Part shown: positions 20,711 to 29,440 of the stretch, piece after piece
Layout of the letters: every line of letters begins with the position of its first letter
Numbering within the stretch: position 1 is the first letter of the stretch
Assembly (NCBI GenBank): GCA_041082215.1
Contig: JBDOIF010000095.1
Coordinates: 1-44,094, forward strand
DNA length: 44,094 nt
From: Anaerolineae bacterium
GTDB taxonomy: Bacteria > Chloroflexota > Anaerolineae > B4-G1 > DUEL01
Direction of reading: 5' to 3'
Notes under the pieces: model-generated
Told to the model about the DNA's origin: nothing
The model's input: only the letters and a program-made list of their open reading frames with translations
Database searches by the model: none
Translations under genes and position numbers: made by a program

Positions 20711-22530
20711 GCGTCGAGATCACCTTTCAGCCCCTGGGGCGCAAAGGACAGTTCCCCAGGGGCATCACGTTGCTGGAGGCTGCCCGCCAGTTGGGAGTGG
20801 GGCTCAGCGCCATCTGCGGCGGCGCAGGGGTGTGTGGCACCTGCCGTGTGATAATCCCACCAGAGGGCCGGGGCGCCGTCTCTCCCCCCACCGCCAGCGA
20901 GCTGGAGGAGCTGGAGGAGACAGAGCGCACCGACGGCCTCCGCCTGGCCTGCCAGGCCAGAGCCCTGGCTGACCTCCACGTCTTCGTTCCACCCGAATCC
21001 CTCACCGCCAGCCAGCGTACCCAGGTGGAGGGGCGGCAGACCCCCGTCTCCCTCGATCCACCGGTCGTTGCCTGTGACCTGAAGCTTCCCCCTGCCCGCC
21101 TGGACGACCTGCGCTCCGATATGGCCCGACTGCGGGAAGCCCTGGGCCGCCCGGTCCGACCAGACCTGGCAGTGCTGCGAGCCGCCCCCCTGCAGATTCG
21201 AGAGTGGGGCTGGCAGACGCGGGCTGTCGTCCGCCGCGACGCAGTAGTAGCACTCCTGCCGCCCGGCTCCCCCCTCCTGGGCCTGGCAGTGGACCTGGGG
21301 ACAACCAAGCTGGCCGGCTATCTGATGGACCTGGAGACGGGGGAGACGCTGGCCGCCGCCGGCGCGATGAACCCCCAACTGGCCTACGGCGAGGATGTGA
21401 TGGCCCGCATCACCTACGCGCTCCAGGAGCCAGGGGGGGACCAGCGGCTCCAGGAGGCAGCAGCGAAGGGGATCGGCGAGCTCCTGTCCGGCCTCTGCGC
21501 CGAGGCAGGGGTCCGGCCAGACCAGGTGGTGGAGGCGGTGGTGGTGGGCAATACGGCCATGCACCACCTCTTCCTCGGCCTGCCCACCCGTCCGCTGGGG
21601 CTGGCTCCCTACGTGCCGGTGGAGAGCGATCCGCTGGAGGTGCGAGCACAGGATGTGGGGCTGGAGCTGGCCCCCGGGGCGATGGTCCACCTGCTGCCCA
21701 ACGTGGCCGGATTTGTGGGCGCGGACCATGTGGCAGCACTCCTGGCGACGCGGATGGATGAGGTGGACGTCCCTACATTGCTTCTGGACATCGGCACAAA
21801 CACAGAGATCTGCCTGGCGGCGAACGGGCGACTCCTTTCCTGCTCCACCGCCTCCGGTCCTGCCTTCGAAGGAGCTCACATCCGGTTCGGCATGCGGGCC
21901 GCGCCGGGGGCCATCGAACGGGTCCGGCTGATCGGAGGCGAGGTCTTCTGGGAAACAGTGGAAGGTGCACCGCCGGTCGGCATCTGCGGCTCCGGCATCC
22001 TGGATGTGGTAGCCGAGCTGCGGCGGGCTGGGGTGCTGAACGGACGGGGCAGCATGCAGGAAGGCCCCCGGGTCCAGAAAGGCTCCCAGGGACCGGAGTA
22101 CATCCTGGTTCCGGCGGAAGCTTCGGGGCTGAAGCGGCCGATCACCGTAAACCGGAAGGACGTGGGCGAGATCCAACTGGCCAAAGCGGCCATCGCCACC
22201 GGCTGGAAGACGCTTCTGGAGGAGGCCGGCATAAGAGAAGCGGACCTTCGGCAGGTGTTCGTGGCCGGTGCCTTTGGCACCTACATAGACGTCGCTCAGG
22301 CGGTCTATATCGGGATGCTACCGGCAATCCCGCTCGACCGATTCGAGCAGGTGGGGAACGTGGCCGGCACCGGCGCGCGGATGGCGCTGGTCTCCTGCGC
22401 GGAGCGGGAGCGGGCCGCTCGCATCGCCCGCCGGGTGGAGTACATCGAGCTGACCGCCCACCCCGACTTCCAGAGTCGGTTCGCCCGAGAGCTTCACTTT
22501 GAGAACGATAGAGATGACCTGCCCACGTAG
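20707..22530 (+). CDS. RACo/ASKHA-type reductive activator of corrinoid proteins (DUF4445) with N-terminal [2Fe-2S] domain
   Basis: Start MSVEITFQP; CGGAGVCGTC...RLACQ; DLGTT, NPQxxYGEDV, GFVGAD, DIGTN, GPAFEG, GICGSG, AGAFG. Confidence 0.92.
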   Translation: MSVEITFQPLGRKGQFPRGITLLEAARQLGVGLSAICGGAGVCGTCRVIIPPEGRGAVSPPTASELEELEETERTDGLRLACQARALADLHVFVPPESLTASQRTQVEGRQTPVSLDPPVVACDLKLPPARLDDLRSDMARLREALGRPVRPDLAVLRAAPLQIREWGWQTRAVVRRDAVVALLPPGSPLLGLAVDLGTTKLAGYLMDLETGETLAAAGAMNPQLAYGEDVMARITYALQEPGGDQRLQEAAAKGIGELLSGLCAEAGVRPDQVVEAVVVGNTAMHHLFLGLPTRPLGLAPYVPVESDPLEVRAQDVGLELAPGAMVHLLPNVAGFVGADHVAALLATRMDEVDVPTLLLDIGTNTEICLAANGRLLSCSTASGPAFEGAHIRFGMRAAPGAIERVRLIGGEVFWETVEGAPPVGICGSGILDVVAELRRAGVLNGRGSMQEGPRVQKGSQGPEYILVPAEASGLKRPITVNRKDVGEIQLAKAAIATGWKTLLEEAGIREADLRQVFVAGAFGTYIDVAQAVYIGMLPAIPLDRFEQVGNVAGTGARMALVSCAERERAARIARRVEYIELTAHPDFQSRFARELHFENDRDDLPT

Positions 22531-22576
22531 CGCAGGCCACCAGGCCTGTTTTTCGCAGGCTGACAGCCTGCGCTAC
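22527..22576. repeat. GTAG-type REP doublet
   Basis: GTAGCGCAGGC...GCCTGCGCTAC; contains the RACo stop codon. Confidence 0.8.
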
Positions 22577-22627
22577 GTACGACAGTTGAAGGTTGCTCCC
22601 TGAAGGCTCTCAGCCGATGTTCCGGGC

Positions 22628-23806
22628 TTAGATCACCCCCAGCTCCTTTCCAACCTTGCCAAACGCCTCCAGCACGAACGCCAGATGATCGTCCGTGTGG
22701 GTGGCCATATAGGAGGTACGCAGGAGCGCCTGCCCTTCAGGCACGGCAGGGGAGATGACCGGGTTGGTGTAGACCCCCGCATCGAAAAGCATACGCCAGG
22801 CTTTGAAGGTGGTCATATCCTCGCCGAAGATCACCGGCACAATGGGGGTCTGACTGTTCCCCACGTTAAAGCCCAGTGCCTGGAACCCTTTCCGCATCCG
22901 TTCGCCGATCTCCACCACCCGACGGGAGCGTTCCGGCTCCTCGATCATCACCTCCAGCGCGGCCAGGGCAGCAGCCGCATTGGCCGGCGGGATGCTGGCG
23001 CTGAAGATAAGGGAACGGGCGTGATGCTGGATGTAGTGGATCACATCGGCGTCGCCAGCGATGAAGCCGCCCAGACTGGCAAAGGACTTGCTGAAGGTGC
23101 CCATAATCAGGTCCACTCCCTCCGTCACGCCGAAGTGAGCCGCCGTTCCCCGCCCATCCCCCAGTACGCCGATGGAGTGGGCGTCGTCCACCATCAGCCG
23201 GGCACCGTGCTTCCGGCAGACCTCGATCAGCTCTGGCAGAGGGGCGATGTCGCCGCTCATGCTGAAGACCCCATCCACCACCACCAGCCTGCCCGCACCG
23301 TCCGGCAAAGCGGATAACACCTTATCCAGCGCCTGCACGTCATTGTGGGGGAACCGCCGCATCTGGCCAAAGGAAAGCCGACATCCGTCCAGGATGCTGG
23401 CATGGTCCTCCTTATCCGTCACTACGAAGTCCCCCCGCCCCACCAGCGCCGAGATCGTCCCCACGTTGGTCTGGTAGCCAGTGGAAAAGACCAGCGCCGC
23501 CTCCTTGCCCACGAACTCGGCCAGCCTTCGCTCCAGCTCCAGGTGAAGCTCCAGCGTGCCGTTGAGGAAGCGGGAGCCGGTGCAACTGGTCCCGTACCGC
23601 TGGATAGCCTCCAGGGCAGCCTGTCGGACCTTTGGATGGGTGGTGAGGCCCAGGTAGTTGTTCGAGCCGATCATGACCAGCCGGTGGTCCCCGACCCAGG
23701 CAACAGGCCCCTCACTGCCGGTCAGGGGGATGAAATACGGATAGAGACCGATGGCCTTCAGTTCCCGTGCTGCGGTAAAAGCCTGGCATTTCGCAAATAG
23801 GTCCAT
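22628..23806 (-). CDS. PLP-dependent alpha-oxoamine synthase, serine-palmitoyltransferase-like
   Basis: YPYF, GSNNYLGL, GSRFLNGT, DHASI, DDAH, GTFSKS; SD AAGGAG. Confidence 0.88.
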   Translation of the reverse strand: MDLFAKCQAFTAARELKAIGLYPYFIPLTGSEGPVAWVGDHRLVMIGSNNYLGLTTHPKVRQAALEAIQRYGTSCTGSRFLNGTLELHLELERRLAEFVGKEAALVFSTGYQTNVGTISALVGRGDFVVTDKEDHASILDGCRLSFGQMRRFPHNDVQALDKVLSALPDGAGRLVVVDGVFSMSGDIAPLPELIEVCRKHGARLMVDDAHSIGVLGDGRGTAAHFGVTEGVDLIMGTFSKSFASLGGFIAGDADVIHYIQHHARSLIFSASIPPANAAAALAALEVMIEEPERSRRVVEIGERMRKGFQALGFNVGNSQTPIVPVIFGEDMTTFKAWRMLFDAGVYTNPVISPAVPEGQALLRTSYMATHTDDHLAFVLEAFGKVGKELGVI

Positions 23807-23839
23807 TTCACTCCTTTCCAGTTACAATAACACCGCAAT

Positions 23840-24285
23840 CCCCATTAAGGTAGCACTTTCCGATTGCATAAGATAGATCTCGCGTTATATCTTCCTGATA
23901 GGGTTAATCCTGTAGGGCCGTAGTCGTCGTAGGGGCTGGGGATATGGGGATAGGCGGACAGATAGGGCCAGCTTACCCCAGGAGTGGGGGGGGAGGGACA
24001 CGGGGGTGGAATATGTGGGGTTATAGCATCCACAGGGAGGTGTGGAAAAGTCGGGGATGCCCGGAGACGGCGGGAAGGGGGTAAACAAAGGATGCGGCGG
24101 AGAGAGGAGGAATGAGGGAGATTTTTCCACAGGAGCTGGCAGTTATCCACCGAAAGTGGGAAGTTATCCACAGCTCTGTTCCAGAGATCGGTCAGGTTTA
24201 GGGGGGAGGAAGGAGGAGGACCAGCAGATATGGGGTGGGGATTGCAGGGGGATAGATGGGGAACTGCCGGCATATCCCCCCAACT
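23840..24285. other. oriC: Chromosomal replication origin (oriC), downstream of dnaA
   Basis: TTATCCACA 24164-24172, TTATCCACC 24143-24151, TTTTCCACA 24123-24131, TGTGGAAAA 24041-24049, GCATCCACA 24026-24034; tandem boxes 23937-23953, GC linker and trios 23920-23932; AT-richer stretch about 23840-23910. Confidence 0.85.
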
Positions 24286-25641
24286 CTATCGGACAGGCTG
24301 AGGCACAGGGGTTTGACGGTAGAGCCGTTCCCGAATTGCCTGAATCTGGCGGCGGAAGGTCTCATCCTCCTCGACCAGGGCGGCGATCCGTTCGCAGGCG
24401 TGGAGGATGGTGGAATGGTCCCTTCCCCCCAGCAACTGGCCGATCTGGGAGAGGGAAGCGTCCGTTTCCTGGCGGATCAGGTAGCAGGCGACCTGGCGGG
24501 GGCGGGTGACCCGCTGGTTACGGCTGGAGCTGCAGAGTTCCTCGATGGACAGCCGGTAAAAGGCGGCGACGGCTTCCAGGATTGCCCGGGGTGTCGTTTC
24601 CAGTCGGGATGGAGAGACGAGGTCGGTCAGCGTCGCCTCGGCCAGGGAGAGGGTGAGGGGCTGATGGGTAAGGGTGGCAGCGGCCAGCACCCGGTTGAGG
24701 GCTCCCTCCAGCTCCCGGATGTTGCTCTGGATCCGCCCGGCGATCAAATAGAGAATCTCGTCCGGGATGGCTGCGGCCTGCTCTTCGGCCTTTCGCCGGA
24801 GGATGGCGATGCGGGTCTCCAGCTCTGGGGGCTGGATGTCAACGATCAGACCCCACTCGAAGCGAGAGCGAAGCCGCTCTTCCAGCGTGGCCATCGCCCG
24901 CGGGGGGCGGTCAGAGGAGATGACGATCTGAGCCCCGTTCCCGTGCAGTGTGTTGAAGGTGTGGAAGAACTCCTCCTGAGTGGACTCTTTGCCGGCGATG
25001 AACTGGATATCGTCAATCAGAAGGACGTCAACGGTCCGATAGGTTTCGCGGAAGGCATCGGTACTCTGGGTGCGGATGGCCTCGATCAGGTCGTTGGTGA
25101 AGGTCTCGGCGGAGACGTAGAGGACGCGCAGGTTGTTGGCTTTGCAGATGTGGCCGATGGCGTGCAGGAGATGGGTTTTGCCCAGTCCGACGCCCCCGTA
25201 GATAAAAAGAGGGTTGTAGGTGGTCGCCGGCCGTTCCGCCACCGCCTGGCAGGCGGCGTGGGCCAGCCGGTTGCCGGGGCCGACGACGAAAGAGTCGAAG
25301 GTATAGCGGCTGTTCAGCGGGTTTGAGGACCGCCCGTTCCCCCGCCCCGATGTCTCCTGGGGTTGCAGGAGGGGGGAAGGCTCCGCAGCACGGGGCGGTT
25401 CCCACACCACAAAACGGACATCCACCGTCCGGCCAGCAAGGCGGTTGAGGGTGCGCAGGATGACCGGGCGGAGACGTCCCTCCAGCCAGTCTTTGGCATA
25501 GGCATTGGCAACGCCGATGACGAAGGTTCCATCTTCATAGGCTACCAGCCTGGTGCCGCGCAGCCAGGTGTTGAAGGTTGCCCGAGTTGTCTCCAGTTGT
25601 AGCTCACCCAGCGCAGCCTGCCAGATCCTGTCGGCGTCCAT
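24286..25641 (-). CDS. dnaA: Chromosomal replication initiator DnaA (451 aa)
   Basis: Start MDADRIW with SD AGGAG; YTFDSFVVG, YNPLFIYGGVGLGKTHLL, LLIDDIQF, RLRSRF, GGRDHST. Confidence 0.98.
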   Translation of the reverse strand: MDADRIWQAALGELQLETTRATFNTWLRGTRLVAYEDGTFVIGVANAYAKDWLEGRLRPVILRTLNRLAGRTVDVRFVVWEPPRAAEPSPLLQPQETSGRGNGRSSNPLNSRYTFDSFVVGPGNRLAHAACQAVAERPATTYNPLFIYGGVGLGKTHLLHAIGHICKANNLRVLYVSAETFTNDLIEAIRTQSTDAFRETYRTVDVLLIDDIQFIAGKESTQEEFFHTFNTLHGNGAQIVISSDRPPRAMATLEERLRSRFEWGLIVDIQPPELETRIAILRRKAEEQAAAIPDEILYLIAGRIQSNIRELEGALNRVLAAATLTHQPLTLSLAEATLTDLVSPSRLETTPRAILEAVAAFYRLSIEELCSSSRNQRVTRPRQVACYLIRQETDASLSQIGQLLGGRDHSTILHACERIAALVEEDETFRRQIQAIRERLYRQTPVPQPVR

Positions 25642-25821
25642 AAAGGCTCCTGGTGGCGTGGTGGCACAAAAGTTCCCCCAAAATGTGTAAATCCGAAGGA
25701 ACACGCGAGAGTAGAGAATCTGTGGAGCAGACGGCCCGGTAGGACGGTAATTACTGTGGTTACCCGGGGAGCTTGGCGGCAGGAGCTTATTCCCCCCTCT
25801 GCCCACCCTCGCGCGCCCCAT

Positions 25822-25850
25822 ATTCTACCAAAACAAAGGGCGGGAGGCAA
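25822..25850 (-). promoter_or_regulatory. dnaA promoter
   Basis: TTGCCT (25850-25845), 17 nt, TGg-TAGAAT (to 25822); the ~175-nt leader has degenerate DnaA boxes; another box TGTGGATAG at 26032-26040. Confidence 0.7.
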
Positions 25851-25954
25851 TCGCCCAGGGTGGGGGTTGCCTTAAAATGGGGGTGGGTTTAAGGTTCTTT
25901 ATGCCGAGTCAATTCAGCCCCTCCGCGATGGTATTTGGAAAGGGCTGGTGATGG

Positions 25955-25989
25955 AAAAGAGGGTCGGGAGGGGGGATTCCTCCCGACCC
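25955..25989 (-). terminator. Rho-independent terminator
   Basis: 11-bp stem GGGTCGGGAGG/CCTCCCGACCC, 7-nt loop, then TCTTTT on the minus strand. Confidence 0.7.
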
Positions 25990-26170
25990 GTCCCCCTATA
26001 TGTGGGTTCGTCGTTGAGGAAAAGACCAAGATGTGGATAGGATGGGAGCCCTTGTCCTCAGCGATACCTCCCGGAGCGCCTATGCGGATTTGGAGAGGGC
26101 AGACAGGCCCCCTCCGAATTTGTCCAGGCACGGCATTTTGCCTGTGCCCCGTTTCTCGAAGTAGCGTCCT

Positions 26171-26977
26171 CTAACCGACGACCAGCTCCCCTCCGTCTAC
26201 AGGGATCACTGCGCCGCTGATCCAGGTGATGGCCGGGTCGGCCAGTGCCACCAGGACCCGGGCCACATCTTCGGTGGTGGTGAGCCGGCCGCCGGGATTG
26301 CGCTTCAGCGCCTCCTCCACCCAGTACTCGTGGCCGGGTATGGCCCGCAGGGCAGGGGTGTCGGTCACGCCGGGCCGCAGGCAGTTGACGGCGATCCCCA
26401 GCGGCCCCAGCTCCAGCGCCAGTTGTCGCACGTGGCTTTCCAGCGCCGCCTTGGCCGCCGAAACCGCTCCGTACGGTACGACCACCCGCTCCGCACCGGC
26501 GCTGGAGAGGGCGTAGATACGGCTGCCCCGCGTCAAAAGCCCCCGCCGGACCAGGTCCTGCGTCCAGTAGACCAGGCTGTGAGCCATCACCCGCAGCGTC
26601 ATATCCATCTGGGCTTCGGTGATCGCCTCCTCGGGCTTGTCGGCGATGAAGGGGAGTAGCGATCCGAACGCCAGCGAGTGGAGGACGAAGTGGATCGCCC
26701 GGTGTGTCTCCTCCGCCAGGACCGCTTCGATCTGATCCAGCACCCTGGCCCGCTTGCCGGCATCGGCGGCGTTGGTGTTGAAGAAGACCGCCCGCTGCCC
26801 CGCCGCCTCGACATCTGCCACCACCTGTCTGGCGCGGTCCAGCGTCGCTTTGGTGTCCAGATGGACGCCGAAGATGTTCATCCCTGCACCGGCCAGCGCG
26901 CGGGCAGTTGCCGCGCCAAACCCGCTGGAGGCCCCCAGGATCAACGCCCAGCGGTCTTTGAGTTCCTCTCTGCTCAT
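26171..26977 (-). CDS. SDR oxidoreductase, enoyl-ACP reductase (FabL/FabI)-like
   Basis: GASSGFG; YGAVSAAK (Y-x6-K spacing of enoyl reductases); PGVTDTPAL; VDGG. Confidence 0.82.
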   Translation of the reverse strand: MSREELKDRWALILGASSGFGAATARALAGAGMNIFGVHLDTKATLDRARQVVADVEAAGQRAVFFNTNAADAGKRARVLDQIEAVLAEETHRAIHFVLHSLAFGSLLPFIADKPEEAITEAQMDMTLRVMAHSLVYWTQDLVRRGLLTRGSRIYALSSAGAERVVVPYGAVSAAKAALESHVRQLALELGPLGIAVNCLRPGVTDTPALRAIPGHEYWVEEALKRNPGGRLTTTEDVARVLVALADPAITWISGAVIPVDGGELVVG

Positions 26978-26989
26978 CCTTCCTCCTTT

Positions 26990-27015
26990 ATGGGACAGGC
27001 TGAAGCCTGTCCTAC
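26990..27015. repeat. GTAG-type REP palindrome
   Basis: atgggacaggctgaagcctgtcctac; extended -10 TGtTATCAT immediately upstream on the minus strand (27029-27021). Confidence 0.8.
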
Positions 27016-27065
27016 ATCGTATGATAACACCGGACCGCGTCGGAGGGAACGTGCTCCATCGGCGA

Positions 27066-28358
27066 TCAGGGATATGTTACCGGGCCTTCCCGTGGCTCCG
27101 GCAGCCCCGCCGCCAGCCTGTACACGATCAGGCAAAGCCCCAGGACGATGGCGAACAATCCGGCGAAGCCGAAGAGGTCCACCAGTAACCCTCCCAGTCC
27201 GGAGATGAGGAGGACGATCCCCGCCAGCGTGTTGGAAAGGCCCAGGTAGAGGGGACGCTCCGCTTCCGGAACCAGTTCGAGGAGAAAATTGCTGCCCACG
27301 AATACCTGAGCCGGGCGTATGGCGCCGTCCAGGATGAAGATCGGCAGGGCCAGGTAAGGAAGCCATCTTCCCTCCAGCTTCAGCCACTCCACCAACCCCA
27401 CCAGCCCCAGCGCCAGGAGCGCCGTCAGGCCGCTGCCCAGGCTGAGAAGCTTCATCACCAATCGGTTCCCCCGCCGATCGCTCAGCCGCCCCCACGGCAG
27501 GTTGGAAAGAAGTTGAGCGGCCACCCGGGCCGTCACGTAAACTCCCACCATCCCCGCTGGAGCCCCCAGTACGTCCTTGGCGTAGATGCCGTAAAAGGGC
27601 AGGGCAATCCCCGTCAGCCCCAGCGTCAGTTGGGCTATTATGTAGCGCCGGTAGACGCGATCCGTCCGCAGGAGATGGCCGGCCCGCCGCATCTGCTTCC
27701 CTACCGTCACATGCTCCGCCACCACTGCCCCTGCTGGCTCCCGGATGGCGATGAAAGCCCCCAGTGCCGGGACCATCGCTGCGCAGTAGAGGGCGAAAAG
27801 GAGGGCGTGGCCCCGGGGAAAGGGGAAAGCCGGATGGTTGAGGACCAGCTTCACGATCCACCCAGCCCCCAGCCCCAGGACCCCTCCCAAAAACTGCCGC
27901 CAGGCGAAGAGGCTTCCTCGCTGTCGGGCCGGGACCGTCTTCGCCGTCACGTCGAAAAAGGCCAGCCCCCCCAGCCCCGCAGAGGTGCGGGCCAGGGCAT
28001 ATAGCATAAAGAAGACGGCCAGCAGGAAGCGAGGGTCGTCCACCAGCCAGACGGCTGCTGCCAGGATGATCCAGGAAACGGTCCGGATCGCCGCCGCCGC
28101 AACGTAGCTGGGCATCTTCCGTGCCATCCGCTGGATGCGGTTGGAGACGAAGATCTGGGGCAGGGACCAGCCTGCATCTGCCAGCGGGGCCACCAGCCCG
28201 ATCAACAGGTTGGAATCGGTCAGGTGGCTCACAAACCAGGTGAGGACCAGCGGCGGGTCAATCAGCCGCTCGGCGAAGTTGAAGGCGGCGCCGTTGAAGA
28301 CGTTCAGCGCGAAGCTGCGCCGGACCTCGCGCCTGGGGAGCGCGACTTCCAGGTTCAT
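27066..28358 (-). CDS. MFS transporter
   Basis: About 12 TM helices; WGRLSDRRGNR motif; ATGA overlap with xdhC. Confidence 0.9.
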   Translation of the reverse strand: MNLEVALPRREVRRSFALNVFNGAAFNFAERLIDPPLVLTWFVSHLTDSNLLIGLVAPLADAGWSLPQIFVSNRIQRMARKMPSYVAAAAIRTVSWIILAAAVWLVDDPRFLLAVFFMLYALARTSAGLGGLAFFDVTAKTVPARQRGSLFAWRQFLGGVLGLGAGWIVKLVLNHPAFPFPRGHALLFALYCAAMVPALGAFIAIREPAGAVVAEHVTVGKQMRRAGHLLRTDRVYRRYIIAQLTLGLTGIALPFYGIYAKDVLGAPAGMVGVYVTARVAAQLLSNLPWGRLSDRRGNRLVMKLLSLGSGLTALLALGLVGLVEWLKLEGRWLPYLALPIFILDGAIRPAQVFVGSNFLLELVPEAERPLYLGLSNTLAGIVLLISGLGGLLVDLFGFAGLFAIVLGLCLIVYRLAAGLPEPREGPVTYP

Positions 28359-29140
28359 ACCTTTCCTCTCTGGACCCCGATGATCTCGGCCAGGATGCTG
28401 ACGGCGATCTCCCGCGGGGTCTCCGCTCCGATGTCCAGCCCGATAGGGGTGTGGACCCGTTCCAGGAATGCCTCCGGCACCCCTGCCTCCCGTGCCCGAC
28501 GGAAGGTCTGCTCGGTGCGACGGCGGCTGCCGAGCAGTCCCACGTAGGCCACCGGCCGCTCTGCCAGCACTGCCAGCACCCGCTCGTCCGGCGTGTGATG
28601 GGGCGTGACGATCACCACGCAGGTCTGTTCGCCGATCGGAAGCTGCGCCACCCGCTCAGCCGGATCGCCCGCCAGCCGGACCGATGCCTGGGGAAACCGC
28701 TCCGGCCCCACCATCTCCGGCCGCTCGTCCACCACAGCGATCCGGTAACCCAGGAACGCCCCCAGCTCCGCCACTGCCTGTCCCACATGTCCACCGCCGA
28801 TGATCAGCAGTGTGGGCCGGGGAGGAAGCACCTCGATGAAAAGATGCATCTCCTCGCCACAGATGTCAGCCTGGCCTGCTTCTCCCTCTGCTGGTCGGTG
28901 GGTTAGCTCCTGGCAGCGCCCCTCAGCGATGGCGGCCAGCGCCGTCTCGATCGCCCGCGCCTCCACCTCGCCGCCCCCGACTGTCCCTACTGTGCTGCCG
29001 TCGTCCAGCACCAGCATCTTGGCCCCCACCCCCCGGGGCGTGGAGCCGCCCACCTGTGTGACCGTGACCACGGCTGCTGGCCTTCCTTCCCTCAATGCTT
29101 CCAGAATCGCCTCGTAGACCCGCTCCAGCTCTTCTACCAT
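28355..29140 (-). CDS. XdhC/CoxI family molybdoenzyme maturation factor
   Basis: GSTPRGVGAKM, GTVGGG, ICG, IIGGGHVG, YVGLLGS, PIGLDIGAETPREIAVSI; start MVEELERV. Confidence 0.92.
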   Translation of the reverse strand: MVEELERVYEAILEALREGRPAAVVTVTQVGGSTPRGVGAKMLVLDDGSTVGTVGGGEVEARAIETALAAIAEGRCQELTHRPAEGEAGQADICGEEMHLFIEVLPPRPTLLIIGGGHVGQAVAELGAFLGYRIAVVDERPEMVGPERFPQASVRLAGDPAERVAQLPIGEQTCVVIVTPHHTPDERVLAVLAERPVAYVGLLGSRRRTEQTFRRAREAGVPEAFLERVHTPIGLDIGAETPREIAVSILAEIIGVQRGKV

Positions 29141-29165
29141 TTCGCCTCCCGGACAGAGGAACCTT

Positions 29166-29281
29166 GTAGGACAAGCTTCAGCTTGTCCTACACCATAAAA
29201 CCACAAAGACACAGAGAGCACGGAGGGGTTTTGTAGGGCAAGCTTTAACTTGCCCTGCAGCGTCCTCCGTGCCTTTGTGGT
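29166..29281. repeat. Composite repeat: REP (29166-29191) plus ACCACAAAG...CTTTGTGGT element (29200-29281) with a second REP nested at 29233-29258
   Basis: GTAGGACAAGCTTCAGCTTGTCCTAC; GTAGGGCAAGCTTTAACTTGCCCTGC. Confidence 0.8.
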
Positions 29282-29319
29282 GAGATGACACCCATCCCGA
29301 CCGTTTCTCACAACTGCCG

Positions 29320-29377
29320 ATTATAACACAACCTGCCCGCGAGGGCACTTGCGTCCCTTTGCCTCTCCGTGTATCAT
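29320..29377. promoter_or_regulatory. Back-to-back divergent promoters (xdhC-MFS on minus, GH38 on plus)
   Basis: Minus: TGtTATAAT 29328-29320. Plus: TTGCGT 29349-29354, 17 nt, TATCAT 29372-29377. Confidence 0.65.
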
Positions 29378-29440
29378 CGGGCAATCGGGCAGGGCAGCGT
29401 CCGCCCCAGGGCCGAAGAGTATCTTTGAGGAGAAGCCAGT

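Noticed and set aside
23845..24273. ORFs within the origin region
   Set aside because: Low-complexity translations overlapping DnaA boxes; non-coding oriC is the better explanation.
25889..26174. rpmH or another small gene upstream of dnaA
   Set aside because: No L34-like sequence; both 79-80 aa ORFs cross a terminator hairpin and lack motifs.
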